The notes beneath the pieces are model-generated. The model did no database searches. It was not told where the DNA came from and worked only from the letters and a program-made list of their open reading frames with translations. Made by a program: the position numbers and the translations under genes. Positions 39,117 through 50,937 of a stretch of DNA of 64,000 bases are shown here, piece by piece. Position 1 is the stretch's first letter. Each line of letters begins with the position of its first letter. Origin of the DNA: Iphione sp. A-MEVVRFRX5 (lineage: Eukaryota); the NCBI GenBank assembly GCA_976226885.1, contig OZ320319.1, positions 66,898,001 to 66,962,000 on the forward strand, read 5' to 3'.

Positions 39117-39128
39117 GGCGCATGCGCC
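39117..39128. promoter_or_regulatory. NRF1-like palindrome GGCGCATGCGCC in a CpG-rich patch
   Basis: A 12-bp perfect palindrome containing the NRF1 core GCGCATGCGC, inside GC-rich 39080-39260. A single motif only. Confidence 0.25.
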
Positions 39129-40695
39129 GGCGGGGACAGCGGGTGGTGGTGTGGGCAGGTGCTTGAAAGGGCGCATGGCGGCGGAGTGCACTATCATCGG
39201 GCGTAAAGCCAGCCTTGGGGACCTATCAGCTCCCAACGCCGTCTCCATGGAGATAAACACTGCTGTCAATTACCATTAGGTTGATAAGCACGTCCCAAAT
39301 ATAGCCCGATAACAGCATTGAGGCCGCATGATCATGTTGGTATTCTCCCGCGAATGTTTTCGCCCCGACCGCTGAATGGTCTAATGAAGATTACTTATCA
39401 CTGTGAATCTTCTGCCTGCTTAATGTCTCAGTTATAGTTAAGCCAGGTTGATCATTAGATATTCCGTGGCTTACCGACGGCTGGCTCCAAGGAGTTTGCT
39501 ATTCACCTTTAAAAAGTAAACTCACAGAAAACGCTGAGGGGTATTCCATCGTTTTGACTAGTCCAGACTAATTATGCATAATATTACAGCAAACCCATTG
39601 TCATTTCTGATCTGGTGCCTTTAATTTCACCGCACATTGCAGAGCTTTTGTAAATGATTTAAGGTCAAAGCTAAAGGTGTAGGACATGGGAATTCATATC
39701 GCAAAAAAGGGAAGTCGCTCCGACATTACATACACTTTTATTTGGAATTTATTTGTTTTTTTCGTACAGTAACGCCCTGATCGAATGACTATTTCTATAA
39801 TTTCAGTTTGCAGCCAAACATTGTGTTTGTAATTTACCTAAAATTATTTTGGAATTTCTATTCTCCTTGGGCGAGGGGATGTGAGCATAATCAGATGATA
39901 AGCGTCTGTTTCGTCGGAGCCCGACTTCCAGAGGTTCAATTCGAGTTGTTCATATTCCCTGATCCTTGATATTGTTTTCTGTCGTTCGCGAAACGTGATT
40001 GATATTCTTGTTTGTGAGGTCCGCTCAGAGCGCCCTCTGCTGGGCCTGTGGCCAATTAATCTTCATTTTTGTGCAACGTTGAAACTTAAGCAGCAATGGC
40101 AACGATGGTAGACATGGAGATCTTGGAGTTCGCTTAATTGGAAAGCGAGAAATTCCTCTGCATGAGTGACGGTTGTGAGGCGCTGCGTTTGCCAATTTGA
40201 CATGCGCCCTTGTCTGTTGAAAGCCCTTTTTGGCATGAGCTCTGCACCTCTGTGAAGAATAGCACCGAATTAGATGCATCAAAGCAGCTGCAGACAGTGA
40301 TTTATGGATTCTTCATAATGGAACAAGTAAAGTATAATGTACGGACAGGGGGAATACAGAAATTAAGTAAAACGTTACATCAGGTACATTGTATGTGCAG
40401 GTATACAAAAATGTTGTAATAGTTGTGGTATAAGGAGCCTTATCTCTGAGGTAGGAAATTACTATCGCATAAAATCTTTCATTGCAAGATATCCCTATGT
40501 TCTTAGATGCACCTGTACATTACGGTAGGTTATTCATTAGATTTCCTTACAGATTCCCAGATTTACGTTCACCCAAGCTCACCGAACTCCCCATTTTTGC
40601 ACTTTGTACACCACTGAACAGATTACAGAAGAACGACTTGATTTTCTCCTTAAATATCATTACCAATCCAAACATCGCCAGTTGTTAACCAAAGT

Positions 40696-40894
40696 AGGAT
40701 TCTGTCCCCTCTACACAAAAAGACCCAAGAAATCTATTTAAAATCAGAATAGGGGTAACCCCGGGTATTCTGGTCTGTCAATTCTCAATAATAGATGGTA
40801 GTATACTACCCCACGAGGATATGGACGAGGCCCATCATGTGATAGGGAATATCTAGTTCCTGGTAAAAGATGCAATGAACTGAAATGAAATAAA
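40696..40894 (+). mobile_element. 5'-truncated second copy of the SINE at 21818-22166
   Basis: Shared blocks with copy 1: ggattctg.ccc, caaaaaga.c..agaaa.ctat, ggtattctggtct.tcaattctcaataa.agatgg, ctac.cca.gaggatatgga.ga.gcc, ttcctggt.aaagatgcaatgaa. Has the (TGAAA)n tail but lacks the tRNA head. Confidence 0.8.
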
Positions 40895-41215
40895 GCCATA
40901 TATACCAACATACAAAAATGACCTACACCAAATGCAAAAAAAATGTATTCACACATTTCAACTTCGATAATAGATAGTATCTTCGCAGTTTGACTCTAAA
41001 TAAGCAAGGCGAGGCCAGCAAAACAAGGTTCAAATGCTTGGAGCAGTGTGAACAGATAAAAGCCGACTTGCCACCACCTCTTGAGCCAATTTGGGCATTT
41101 GAATAATGTCTTCAATAACAGCTGGATTCGATATGGTGGAAAAAAATTAAATGTGTATTTTATGTTGAGAGTATGTTGAATTTCTCGCATGACTGTACAT
41201 GTAATGTATTTTTGA

Positions 41216-41266
41216 GATGATGATGATGGTGATGGTGATGATGATGATGATGGTGGTGGTGGTGAT
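41216..41266. repeat. (GAT/GGT)n compound microsatellite
   Basis: Directly visible. Confidence 0.95.
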
Positions 41267-41466
41267 ATTTCTCATATGCTTATAAAAATGGTAATTCGTA
41301 TCCAATATCCATGTGTACACTAGAGTAGTAGATAATTATAATTTGATAGATAATAAAACAAATCCTGTATCCGAACAGATTTGCCAGAAGTAGACCTTCT
41401 TCGAAAGAAATGGGCCGGCTGTAATTGACCACTTCATCCCTAATTGCTCCAAATCCTGTTGGACAT

Positions 41467-41536
41467 ATGCGACTAGGAGCAGCATTAGTTAGCTTTATTC
41501 TGCTCGGAGAAGCCCTCACCATCACGGTTAAAGCCA
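41467..41536 (+). CDS. Candidate first coding exon encoding a signal-peptide-like sequence
   Basis: ATG..MRLGAALVSFILLGEALTITVKA followed by a phase-1 donor A|GTGAGT, with an in-frame stop upstream. Kozak context is weak and no recognisable downstream domain was found. Confidence 0.22.
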
Positions 41537-44500
41537 GTGAGTAGTATATTGAATTGTCGGTAAGAGGGACGTCAGCAACAGGATATGGTCTACGTGACGG
41601 ACGGCATCCAGACGACTCGTACCTTTGTGAATTCGTAGCACTAGTAAGTCCTGCTCACTAGACTGTACCCTCAGCCCTAGTCTCCAAGACTTGTGCCGAA
41701 CGAGGCCCTTCATGCCAGATGTGTGACTGATGTTAATGTGTGTGTTCATTACAGTAAGGGCTATTAAGAGTCCGTCCCACCTGTTAAGCCTGAGACTCGG
41801 GTAGCCTGTGAATTGGTTAAGCTATGGCTTGGTATAAAGACTACCTAGTTTGGACACAATCCGTAGATATCAGGTGGCCCACTATCCGTCTTTAAAAAGT
41901 GTTCCGCAGTGGAAACACATATATGACTGCATACCTCCCTTCCTACTCAGATATACATCTAAAGAGATAGGCTAACATATATGAGTCAAATTGCCAAGTG
42001 AGACCCGTCTTTCAAACTCTTACAAGGTAGGTCCATGCGAGATAATAGATAGATGGCTCGTCCTAAAATCTGACAAAATTTGTTACAATCATGGGGCCAG
42101 CCCTGGACAATCAAACCGACATTTATCTCAGTCACACGAAGGTAATGGCCAACCGCTGCCTCACAAATGAAGATGAATAAGGCGAGCACGCGGGGGAATA
42201 AATGGAATGGCGCTGATACAGGACTGCTATTCAGGCCTATCCCTGTTATGGGCCTTCCATTGTGTTGGTTGATCGGTCGCATTCATATATGGTGTGACCT
42301 TTCTGCAGGCCGCCCTGATACATAGCCCCCCATCACCCCCACCTACCGGTTAGTGTTTTTTTACACCGTGTTATGCATCACTTTCCAAGTGGATATTTCT
42401 TTAGATCCTCTTCCATAAGCCGCTCATTGTTAGACAGTCATATTTCAATACTGTAAAATCGTTTGCCATTACGCTAATGGACATTATTCAGAAAGTGACC
42501 CAGGGTATGTAATATGCTGCATAAAAGCACCTAATGGTCGATAAAGGCACATGATAGTCGTAATATTACTTACATGTGACATATGCCAGTGTTTCATCAT
42601 TAGTATTATGAGAGGCCGAGCAGGAAGCCTGAGAAATGTTGCTATGGGGAAGAATGATTCCAGGGTCTTTCACATTTGTGTACGATGCAAGACGCAAATT
42701 ACAGTACATACTATCACATGTGTGCATCATGAGCAGTCCCTAGAGAAAAGTGCATATGCTGAAATATATCAAAAGCATTACAATGTATTTCTCACACTAT
42801 ATAGTCGGAAGTTCGAATGAGTGTTGCTTGCGTTATTATTTTTTATTGAGATATCAAGGGAATTGTGACATTGAATCAAAGTTCTGTAGAGAATACACAA
42901 TTATGAGCAGTGAAAAATCACATTATGGACCTAAAATACATGTACTGTACGTGTACTGTTCACGTAGGGAACCAATGACACTATAGGGAGGTATATTGCA
43001 TGCCTGTGGAATGTTGACTGTCATGTGTGGAGGAATGTGCGGTACCATATAGTGAAAGCAAAATAATTTAATACAAATCTACTCCAAATATGCCTACATT
43101 CAATGAAATCAAGCGAATGGTACCCGTTCTTCCTCTAGAAGTGTTCATCATACTTCTCATACCGAATGACATGTCTCTTTCTAACATCTTCCCCTTTATT
43201 TCGCAAAGATATAATACAAAACATAGGCTTAAATGTAAGCAATTCCTGGAGAATGCACAAGTAACACTATTAAACAACCGTTATCTACGCAGAATACTAC
43301 ACTACAAACACATGCGGCAGTCCTCGTCAAACAGCAAAGGAGATATTACTTCTCCAAGTTTAGATTGTCCTATTATCATATTACATGTATTGATTCAATC
43401 CGGCCTAAAGGGTTGAAAAAGCGTACGGTATATCAAAGGAACGTGACATAATGTTTTCTGGTCGGAGAGAGACATTTGCTCGGTAATCCTTTGTCCTATC
43501 CAGGCTCTATCGCCCGCGACCTTTTGCATTGCATGTAATAAGCTACATTTGATCCATCACTGCTTGCATAACACTGAGCAGGCTCGCTCCATGGATGCAG
43601 CGGCCTGATAACATGGGGTCATGTAACTCAGTACTCTAGTATCGCCCCCACTCATTAGTCTCTTTTCTGTTACCTCATAGGTGATGCGGGCGCATTTCTC
43701 TACTTCAGTCTGTTTGTACCTATCGGGTTGACTTCACATTGAGCTAGATACATAACAACGGGGAAATCAATGAGCAACAAGAAACGTCCAGAACCACGAT
43801 TGACAACTGTCCATGAATGTCAAATCATATAATATATGTTACAGAGAAGAAACAATTCACTTAATGTTTTTTTAATTCTCCGAAGCGTATGTTCTGTGTG
43901 TAAGACCACCCGCTTGCTTTCACTTCACGATTCCGTACAATAAAAAGCAAAGTCGACCCTTTGGTAAAATCAGCACAAAAATGAACATACGTGGTGTTTT
44001 ATGGGAAGGAAGCATTGTTGTTTGGAGGTTTTTGCGATGTAAGCATAAAGTTCGTCGTAGGTTATTACATACTTTGGTTAGACATTACGAGAGCCATGAA
44101 AAAGATCATAGCGTCAGCCATCTAGGTCCCAAAACAGAGAAACAGTGAAACACGTCAGGGGGTGTCCATACATGATCCATTAAAATAAGATGTTCATACA
44201 GAGACACAGTTCACAAATCCTTTCAGAAATTGCATACATATAAAACAGGTTAGGAGCCCGGTCTCAGGATTTCAACATGTCCCTATGCAAACAGGCAACT
44301 GTTACGGGCTTGATCAATTATCTAAAGCAACTTTATATACGAAATTTTGCAAAAGCAAATTCAGTGAAAAAAAGGTGAAAAGAGGTGGGCAGGCACATGA
44401 ACCAACTGAAAAGGCTTCAAACTCCAACCACAATATAACTTTTCACACAACAATCGCTGATATATCTGGAACATATCCATAGGAATGTAACTGGGCACAA

Positions 44501-45535
44501 CAAGCATGATTATGTTTGAAAATTATTGAGGTCAGACTTGCTTTTGCCTGAGAAGTGCTTTGACTGGGCATCAACAAACAATCCAATATTGTGAAAGCCG
44601 CACGTCCACCCAAAACATTCGGTCCAGAAATCATGTGGAGAAAGAGTCAATGCATACCACAGGACCGGACACATGTGAAAGCTTCTGCATTTTTTCAGAC
44701 ATGGAGAGACCACATGTTTGAACACGGCGTCTGCTATTCACAAGCATGGGAAAATTCAAGCCTCCACGAGTACATATTCATGTACAAAGTAATAAAGATT
44801 GAAACAACATTACTCTTGCTTTGTCGGGGAGGAAATATATACATGTACAGGGCAATCCATGATTCCAGACAACCTTCTAATCAGGACACCTCACATTATG
44901 GGCAGGTAAGAGACAAACCCAACAGTGTAAGTCCATGTTTAAACATTCCTGCTATTCCGGACATCCCTCTTTCGGGTTTCAGACCTATATCTTAGCTGCT
45001 GATGACCTTTCGGTGTTCAGCGATAAATGAACTGAGCTACAGATGAGGACAAAATGTACCCAGATAACTGTTACTTAAACCAGCCAATTTTAGATGCCCA
45101 AATGCACATTTCTGCAGATTCACATTCCTTGAGATGGCTGACAGTGTCAGCGGTATTGTGTACATTTCATCCCTCGGCTGCGCATTCGGTGGCTCAGCAA
45201 TACAGGCGTTGATGCATCACTGGGCAGCCAAAAGACATCTGCAATCTGGAGAAAATGCATCCATTCCAGCTGACGGAACAGCATCGCTGTAGAACACTAA
45301 ACTGATACAGATTTCAATGTCATTAAATTGCAGCATCAAACTATAACTTTTTTATGCACATGTCCTCCCTGGTAACGTAAGGTATCAATTAGTACCAGAA
45401 ACGCGCTGAAACTACAAAGAATGAACCACGTTACGCATTCTTCTCTCACAGTTTTTCGCCTTTAGAGTGAAGAGGGGAAAAAGGAATATTCTCGGTATGC
45501 CTCCGAGAGCGTGAGGCATCTTTGAAGGTATTTAC

Positions 45536-45745
45536 CTCGGTCGGAGAGAGCTGTCTTCACAGGCTTTCCGCTCCATTGCGCAACCGTGCGCCAGGCGCCA
45601 GGCAGTTCCGGTCGCTGTAGGTGGGTGCCCTGCCCGCCCTGTCTATTTATAGCATGGTGATCCATGCGTGCTGCCGTTCAGACGTCGGGATTATGTGAAC
45701 GCGACTTTTGACACGCACCTTCAGCTGATGAATGGGGGGCGTGTA
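45536..45745 (-). promoter_or_regulatory. Candidate TATA/MEF2 promoter with short non-coding first exon
   Basis: CTATTTATAG (45643-52) is a MEF2 consensus and reads TATAAATAG on the minus strand. An E-box CAGCTG (45722-27) and GC box (45734-43) lie upstream on minus. A donor GAG|GTAAAT at 45536/45535 lies about 85 nt after the expected TSS (~45620). Confidence 0.35.
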
Positions 45746-46465
45746 ATGTAACTGCAGCTCGCTGGAGGGCGGCGGGTCAGTTCGGAAAATGTATCGTCAG
45801 TTGGCAAAAGGTGCGGGGAGGGGGATTACATCCATTTCTGGTCGTAAACACAACCGTCCACGAGCACGCCCCGATTTCACAACATCCGACAGCTTATAAT
45901 CTTTCGAAGGTCAATTCCCAACGCTACCTGATATCAATCACCATGGTGAGATGATGGGCTGTGGTGGAACTTAAAGGGGCTTATAAGGAATTCATGTGAT
46001 AACACTACTAAATTTTATAGAGTGCGTTGTAAGTGTGCATTACATGGACGGTGCCCAAGTTTACCCGCCTCGCTTATGGGAATGCCGTAACTTTCAGGTC
46101 ATTGGTTACCATGTCCAATCGAAATGATAAACTGTTGTTTTACGAACACACCTCAGCTGGTAACTACCAAGGGGATCGGGATATCGCCTCGGGCCCGGTT
46201 ATGGTATGAAAAGGGAGAATGTGCTTTTTTTTAAATCTAGACAATCTGACCCATCGATGCCAACACCATAAACACTACAACAACCATGACTTCACCTGCT
46301 CGATTAGCATCAGTGAGGTACGTGACAACGATCGCAAGCGCTCCAGACAACAGAAACCACCCTTCTGTAGCTTTAAATGACTGACCCGCTTGCTGATTTA
46401 TGTGTTTTTTTAAACCGTGATTATCTGACAAGCGTTCAATACGGGTCAATATTCCAGCTAGTTCG

Positions 46466-46800
46466 ATGTTATCTGTCTCTCTTGACAATCGTCCGGCGCG
46501 ACAGAGCAATTTTTCTTCCTGTGGTAGACGGAAACGATCGCTCGGCGTCACTACATACATGCATGTGTTGAACACCCAACATGGAAACTATGATATCTGT
46601 AATATCCACGTTCCTGCTCATGGAAGCCCAGGGGAATACATTCCCCAGCCTCCCCTGTGATTCAACTTGGAATCTATCCAAACGACCGCTGGGCCATCTC
46701 TGAGGGCAATTTAAATACCGCATGTTGATTAGTTGACCCAGATCAGATGACAGTCCACGAGCTGCGGCGCCTCCACATAGATTAGACATCAAGCAGGTCT
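46466..46800 (+). pseudogene. Possible decayed AP-endonuclease domain of a non-LTR retrotransposon
   Basis: The motif order RRKRSLGVTTYM ... ICNIHVP ... (frameshift) ISEGNLN echoes the APE motifs R..GGGV..Y / I.N.Y.P / I..GDxN. Heavily degenerate, judged by eye only. Confidence 0.28.
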
Positions 46801-47296
46801 CAAGCAACTGTAGGCAGAGAAGGTAGTGACCTTTCCTAGTGCCTTTTGCCGTCCAGCATAGATCCTCAACTCAGTCACTGAGCAACTGGTTATTGAGTGT
46901 CTTCAAAGTAACATGCCCTTTAGCAACGACATCAACGCTGCCGCTGCGACCTCTTTCTTCGGTTCCTTCTTCTCTCAGCTAGAATAACACCTGGCGCACG
47001 TTTTTGTCATCGATGAATCCAATAATTGGGATGAATTTAGCACCACATAATGGGTGGCACAGCAAAGTTCTTGTGACAAATGTGAACTGAGGGAAAACCA
47101 CGTGATCATTCACACGAGTTTCGCTATCTTCCATATGTTGAAGTTCATTTGTAGAAATAGGCCTGTCCCTGCAATATCGTGAAAAAATCTCGAGCGAAAG
47201 ATGTAACAGTGACACGCTAAAATCTGCTATTATCACAATGTTGCCTTTTGCTTATACGGACCCTTTTTATAGTACAAAGCACGCGACTATTACTAA

Positions 47297-47614
47297 GGCC
47301 CAAACAAAAAATGTTTGTGTTTCCGGTAACCCGACCGACCTAGAATTTGATAGAAATGGAAGTTTTCATTTTTTAATGATCTATAAAGATCGTTTGAATA
47401 AATAAGGAGAGAAGTATGTACTATACATTAAATTGTTTCTAATGTCATTAGCTTTCAATTAATTAAAATTTAAGGAGTATAAGTGATATCACAAAAGACA
47501 TTTGTTGGTTTCAGGACCCATTAACACTGAAAAAAATATATTAAAAATGCCACCTACTTACCAACCCCCTAGTTTTTCAGCATGTTACCGGAAGGACAAA
47601 TATTTTTTAGGGCC
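47297..47614. mobile_element. 318-bp MITE with GG..CC termini and TAA TSD (PIF/Harbinger- or Zator-type)
   Basis: Left TIR ggcccaaacaaaaaatgtttgtgtttccggtaac; right TIR reverse complement ggccctaaaaaatatttgtccttccggtaac. TAA at 47294-96 and 47615-17. No ORF. Confidence 0.85.
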
Positions 47615-47617
47615 TAA

Positions 47618-47906
47618 GGTGGTGTTCACATGTACCATGATGAAAAGTCTGGTCCCATGTGTGGACACAGAGAAACCCCCTGCAGAGTTTGTCAGTTAAT
47701 TCCCTCTGTATGGTCTGCAGCTGTCTTTACCATTGCATTCTATGGAATCCACATGTGTCCAGACTAAACCTGTCCCCGATGGTCCAACATCTGCATCCGT
47801 GTGTGGACGCGGAAACTTCTGTACAATAGTCAAGCAGGGCTGCAAAAATATACATCCCCATGTGTGGACATGGAATGGAAGAATCATGATACATGTGAAC
47901 AGCTCC
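47618..47906. mobile_element. Harbinger-like MITE (~290 bp)
   Basis: Left ggtggtgttcacatgtaccatgat; right end reverse complement ggagctgttcacatgtatcatgat. Internal repeats of (ccat)gtgtggac. The left flank is TAA; the right flank does not match cleanly. Confidence 0.6.
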
Positions 47907-47907
47907 C

Positions 47908-47959
47908 TAGTGGACCATAAAAGAATAATGATTTAGTAGACCATAAAGGAGTAATGATT
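47908..47959. repeat. 26-bp imperfect tandem duplication
   Basis: tagtggaccataaaagaataatgatt / tagtagaccataaaggagtaatgatt. Confidence 0.85.
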
Positions 47960-50803
47960 TTTTAACCAGGCACCATACTCCGTTCTCTTAAAGTCGCTCC
48001 TAATACAAAGTTTCACCAAGGTCATGCACTAAAATGTCGTGGCAGGATGGTGTTGTTGGGCCTACCCGGCGTAAATGTGAATCGACATGCTATAACAATA
48101 TTCGTGTACAAACAGCTGAGGGTTTGTATAATTTACTACCGTCAGTAGAAAGAACACGAATCATTCTTACCTCAGCAACATAGGTTAGTGAGGTACATGC
48201 ATGTAGACTGCCTTAGACACTCCAGCCTGTTTCTTTTTATCCAGTAAGAAAATACTTGTAGCAGATGCTGGTCATCGACAATGCATTATTTTCCGTTCTG
48301 TGAATCGTTAACAAACTTGAATAGCCCCTCAGATTCTGCTGCTCATCCACTGCATGTCAGAGTTTGCCTCGTGACATCTAAATAGGCCATACAGACACCT
48401 ATATGTAAACATTTATCCATGTACTATCTATTTATCGATGTACATATGCTTACTTAAGAAGAATACCTACTATTTGTGGTACTGCCTCTCTGATTCCTGC
48501 ATCAATTAGTATTTTTTGCGTTATATGATAGCATACCTAGGACGCCACACTGATTCTGAATCTCTCATCTCTTTTACAGAATCGTCACGCAAGCAATATG
48601 GTCTACTGAAGATTATGTAAGTAAGCCTTTTGTTACATAAACCAAACAAAATATCAATAAAGGTGTACATGTACATGTAAATTCTCTGATCTCATTTTAA
48701 AACTTGTGAACTGGACCTAGTTAGGACACTGAGCAGACACAGAGATAATTCCTCACAGATCGTGTAGGGTTCTCCTACCTTCTGCCATCCAATAAGAGTT
48801 TTCTTTTACCAAACCTACAGTTTAAATGAAAATAAATGAACATAGGTTCACCAAATGAAGTAGGACCTGTACTTTGAGAGAATGTCTCCATCTCTTACAT
48901 TGCAAATAATTTTCCTGTGCATCAGCTTCCAGTAAACATTCTGCCCTAAAAACAGCAGTCGATAGCGGGGAGCACCATCAATTTTCGCCATGAGGTTTAA
49001 ATGGGCGTAAAGTGCCACATCAGCAAAGTCCACCCAACCGTAACTATGCCCAAAGCTTCCGGTAACGAAGGATGTGGTTGGGGACAGATGATAAAATAAC
49101 TCTACTTGTGTGGGTCCAATTACTTGACCACTAACAAAACCATCACACCTGCTTCAGAACTTTGTGAGAAACAGACCAGATTTTTAGTGGCCGAATGCCT
49201 CCCGGGAGAAGGAGGACGCACCTCTTTTTGGTGTAAATTAAAGGCTAGTGGTTTTTGGTCATCACCACCTGCACCAAGTTAAATTTCACTGGAAATTGAT
49301 AATCGATTTAAAAGATCTGATGATTTTGCGTTTTACTTGGTCTTATATTCGTCAGGATATTTTATTTCCCTGGCGCTCATGACCTGCCACGGGAAAGGTG
49401 GAACTCGACGCCGGTGACGGCCTCTTTGTTGAATGTCGGACGGAAGAGCGAAAATCATGTAGACTTGTCGTTTTTTAAGTGGTAGCCGGAAACGCCGGCA
49501 GCAGCTGTAACCAGCAGGTGGCAGCCCTGACGCCACTACTTATGTACCCCACCCTACCCCTACTAGACGTAGCTACGGTTGTTACCTATGGCTGGCGGCT
49601 GTTTGTCCATCAACCCATTTGCTGCTCGGGTGAGCGCTATCAGGTCAAGACCACCAGACGTGTGCATGTACACTTAGGTATATAGACGCAGTGCCTCCGA
49701 GTAAAAACAGTCTCCAGGTTTGGAGTGGCGTTAGGTTTGGAGTGGGAACGTATCCAGTTGGGTGTCTCATGTGTATCTATTGTTATAATTCGCAGCTCAT
49801 ACCAGGGAATAACTTACGTAGTGACTGGCAACTGAAGAGTATCATCGTATATCAAAGAACATAATATCTTTGGCACCAAAAGGCAGACATTTCAGTCCTA
49901 ACTTCACTGTAGACAGAATTAAATGCGTTCCTTGACACACTTGACGCTCTCCTTTACCGTGGAAAGAATAGGAACCTCACAGTCACAACCAAATCGAATA
50001 CACATGATTGCTGCCTTTCTGAAAAGAGGATACAATGGTGCACAGAAAAGTCACACTAAATCATAGGTAGAGCGTTTCATGTCAGGCCCTCCCACAGACA
50101 TGCATATGTACCGATCCTATGCCATCGTCTCTTAATGATTTCCGTAAGGTCCAATTATGGCCAGACCTCGACAGTAGGGAATCGTTTTGAACACATCCTT
50201 CTTTATTAGTACGCAGCTAATGGGCCTGCCTGGGCGGGCGTGATAGGCTCACGTCTACCCGCAGTGCAAAAATAATCTGCAATCACAGTAGACAACGAGG
50301 CGCAAAGCACAGAGCGCTGGGTTCTGCTGGAGGTGTCCGTGCTGAAGTAAATATTGAAACGGCTTGAATGTCAACCTGCGATACCTAGACTGAGGTTGGA
50401 AGTTCTCACACAGGACGATAATTTCTTGATACGAACTTCTCTCCTTGACAGATAAAGTGTGTTTATTTTTAGCGCACCTGGAAATAGAACATTTAGGCGA
50501 GTTCATAGCGCAAAACTCAGCGGTAGTCGATAGATATTGATAGGAAAAATAATTGATACAAGTGCCTTTAGCAGTGAAACTTGGACCATATTTCCTTAGG
50601 CCGAAGAGCATATCACATTCTAATGACAACCTGGAAGACAAACCATTTTATACGAGTGACAACATGATTGTTCAGTTATTGTCAGCGATTGAGAGCTACA
50701 TTGTATTCTTGCCAAATGTCCTTGCTAAAATACACCTGGCTTAGCCGTTGCTTTGAAAAATGACACATATCAAACACCGCGAAATGTATACTGTTTTAAA
50801 TAT

Positions 50804-50937
50804 GATATGCCTTTTTTCACACACAACATTTCCCCATGATTTCCACTGTGCAGACAAGTAGGATAAATACGATATGCCTTTTTTTTTACACGGAGTATTT
50901 CCCCATGATTTCCACTGTGCAGACAGGTATGATAAAT
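50804..50937. repeat. ~67-bp tandem duplication
   Basis: Two units gatatgcc-T-run...atttccccatgatttccactgtgcagaca.gta.gataaat starting at 50804 and 50871. Confidence 0.92.

Noticed and set aside
40800-40850. DEAH-box-like peptide EDMDEAHHV
   Set aside because: It lies inside the non-coding SINE copy and no other helicase motifs are nearby.
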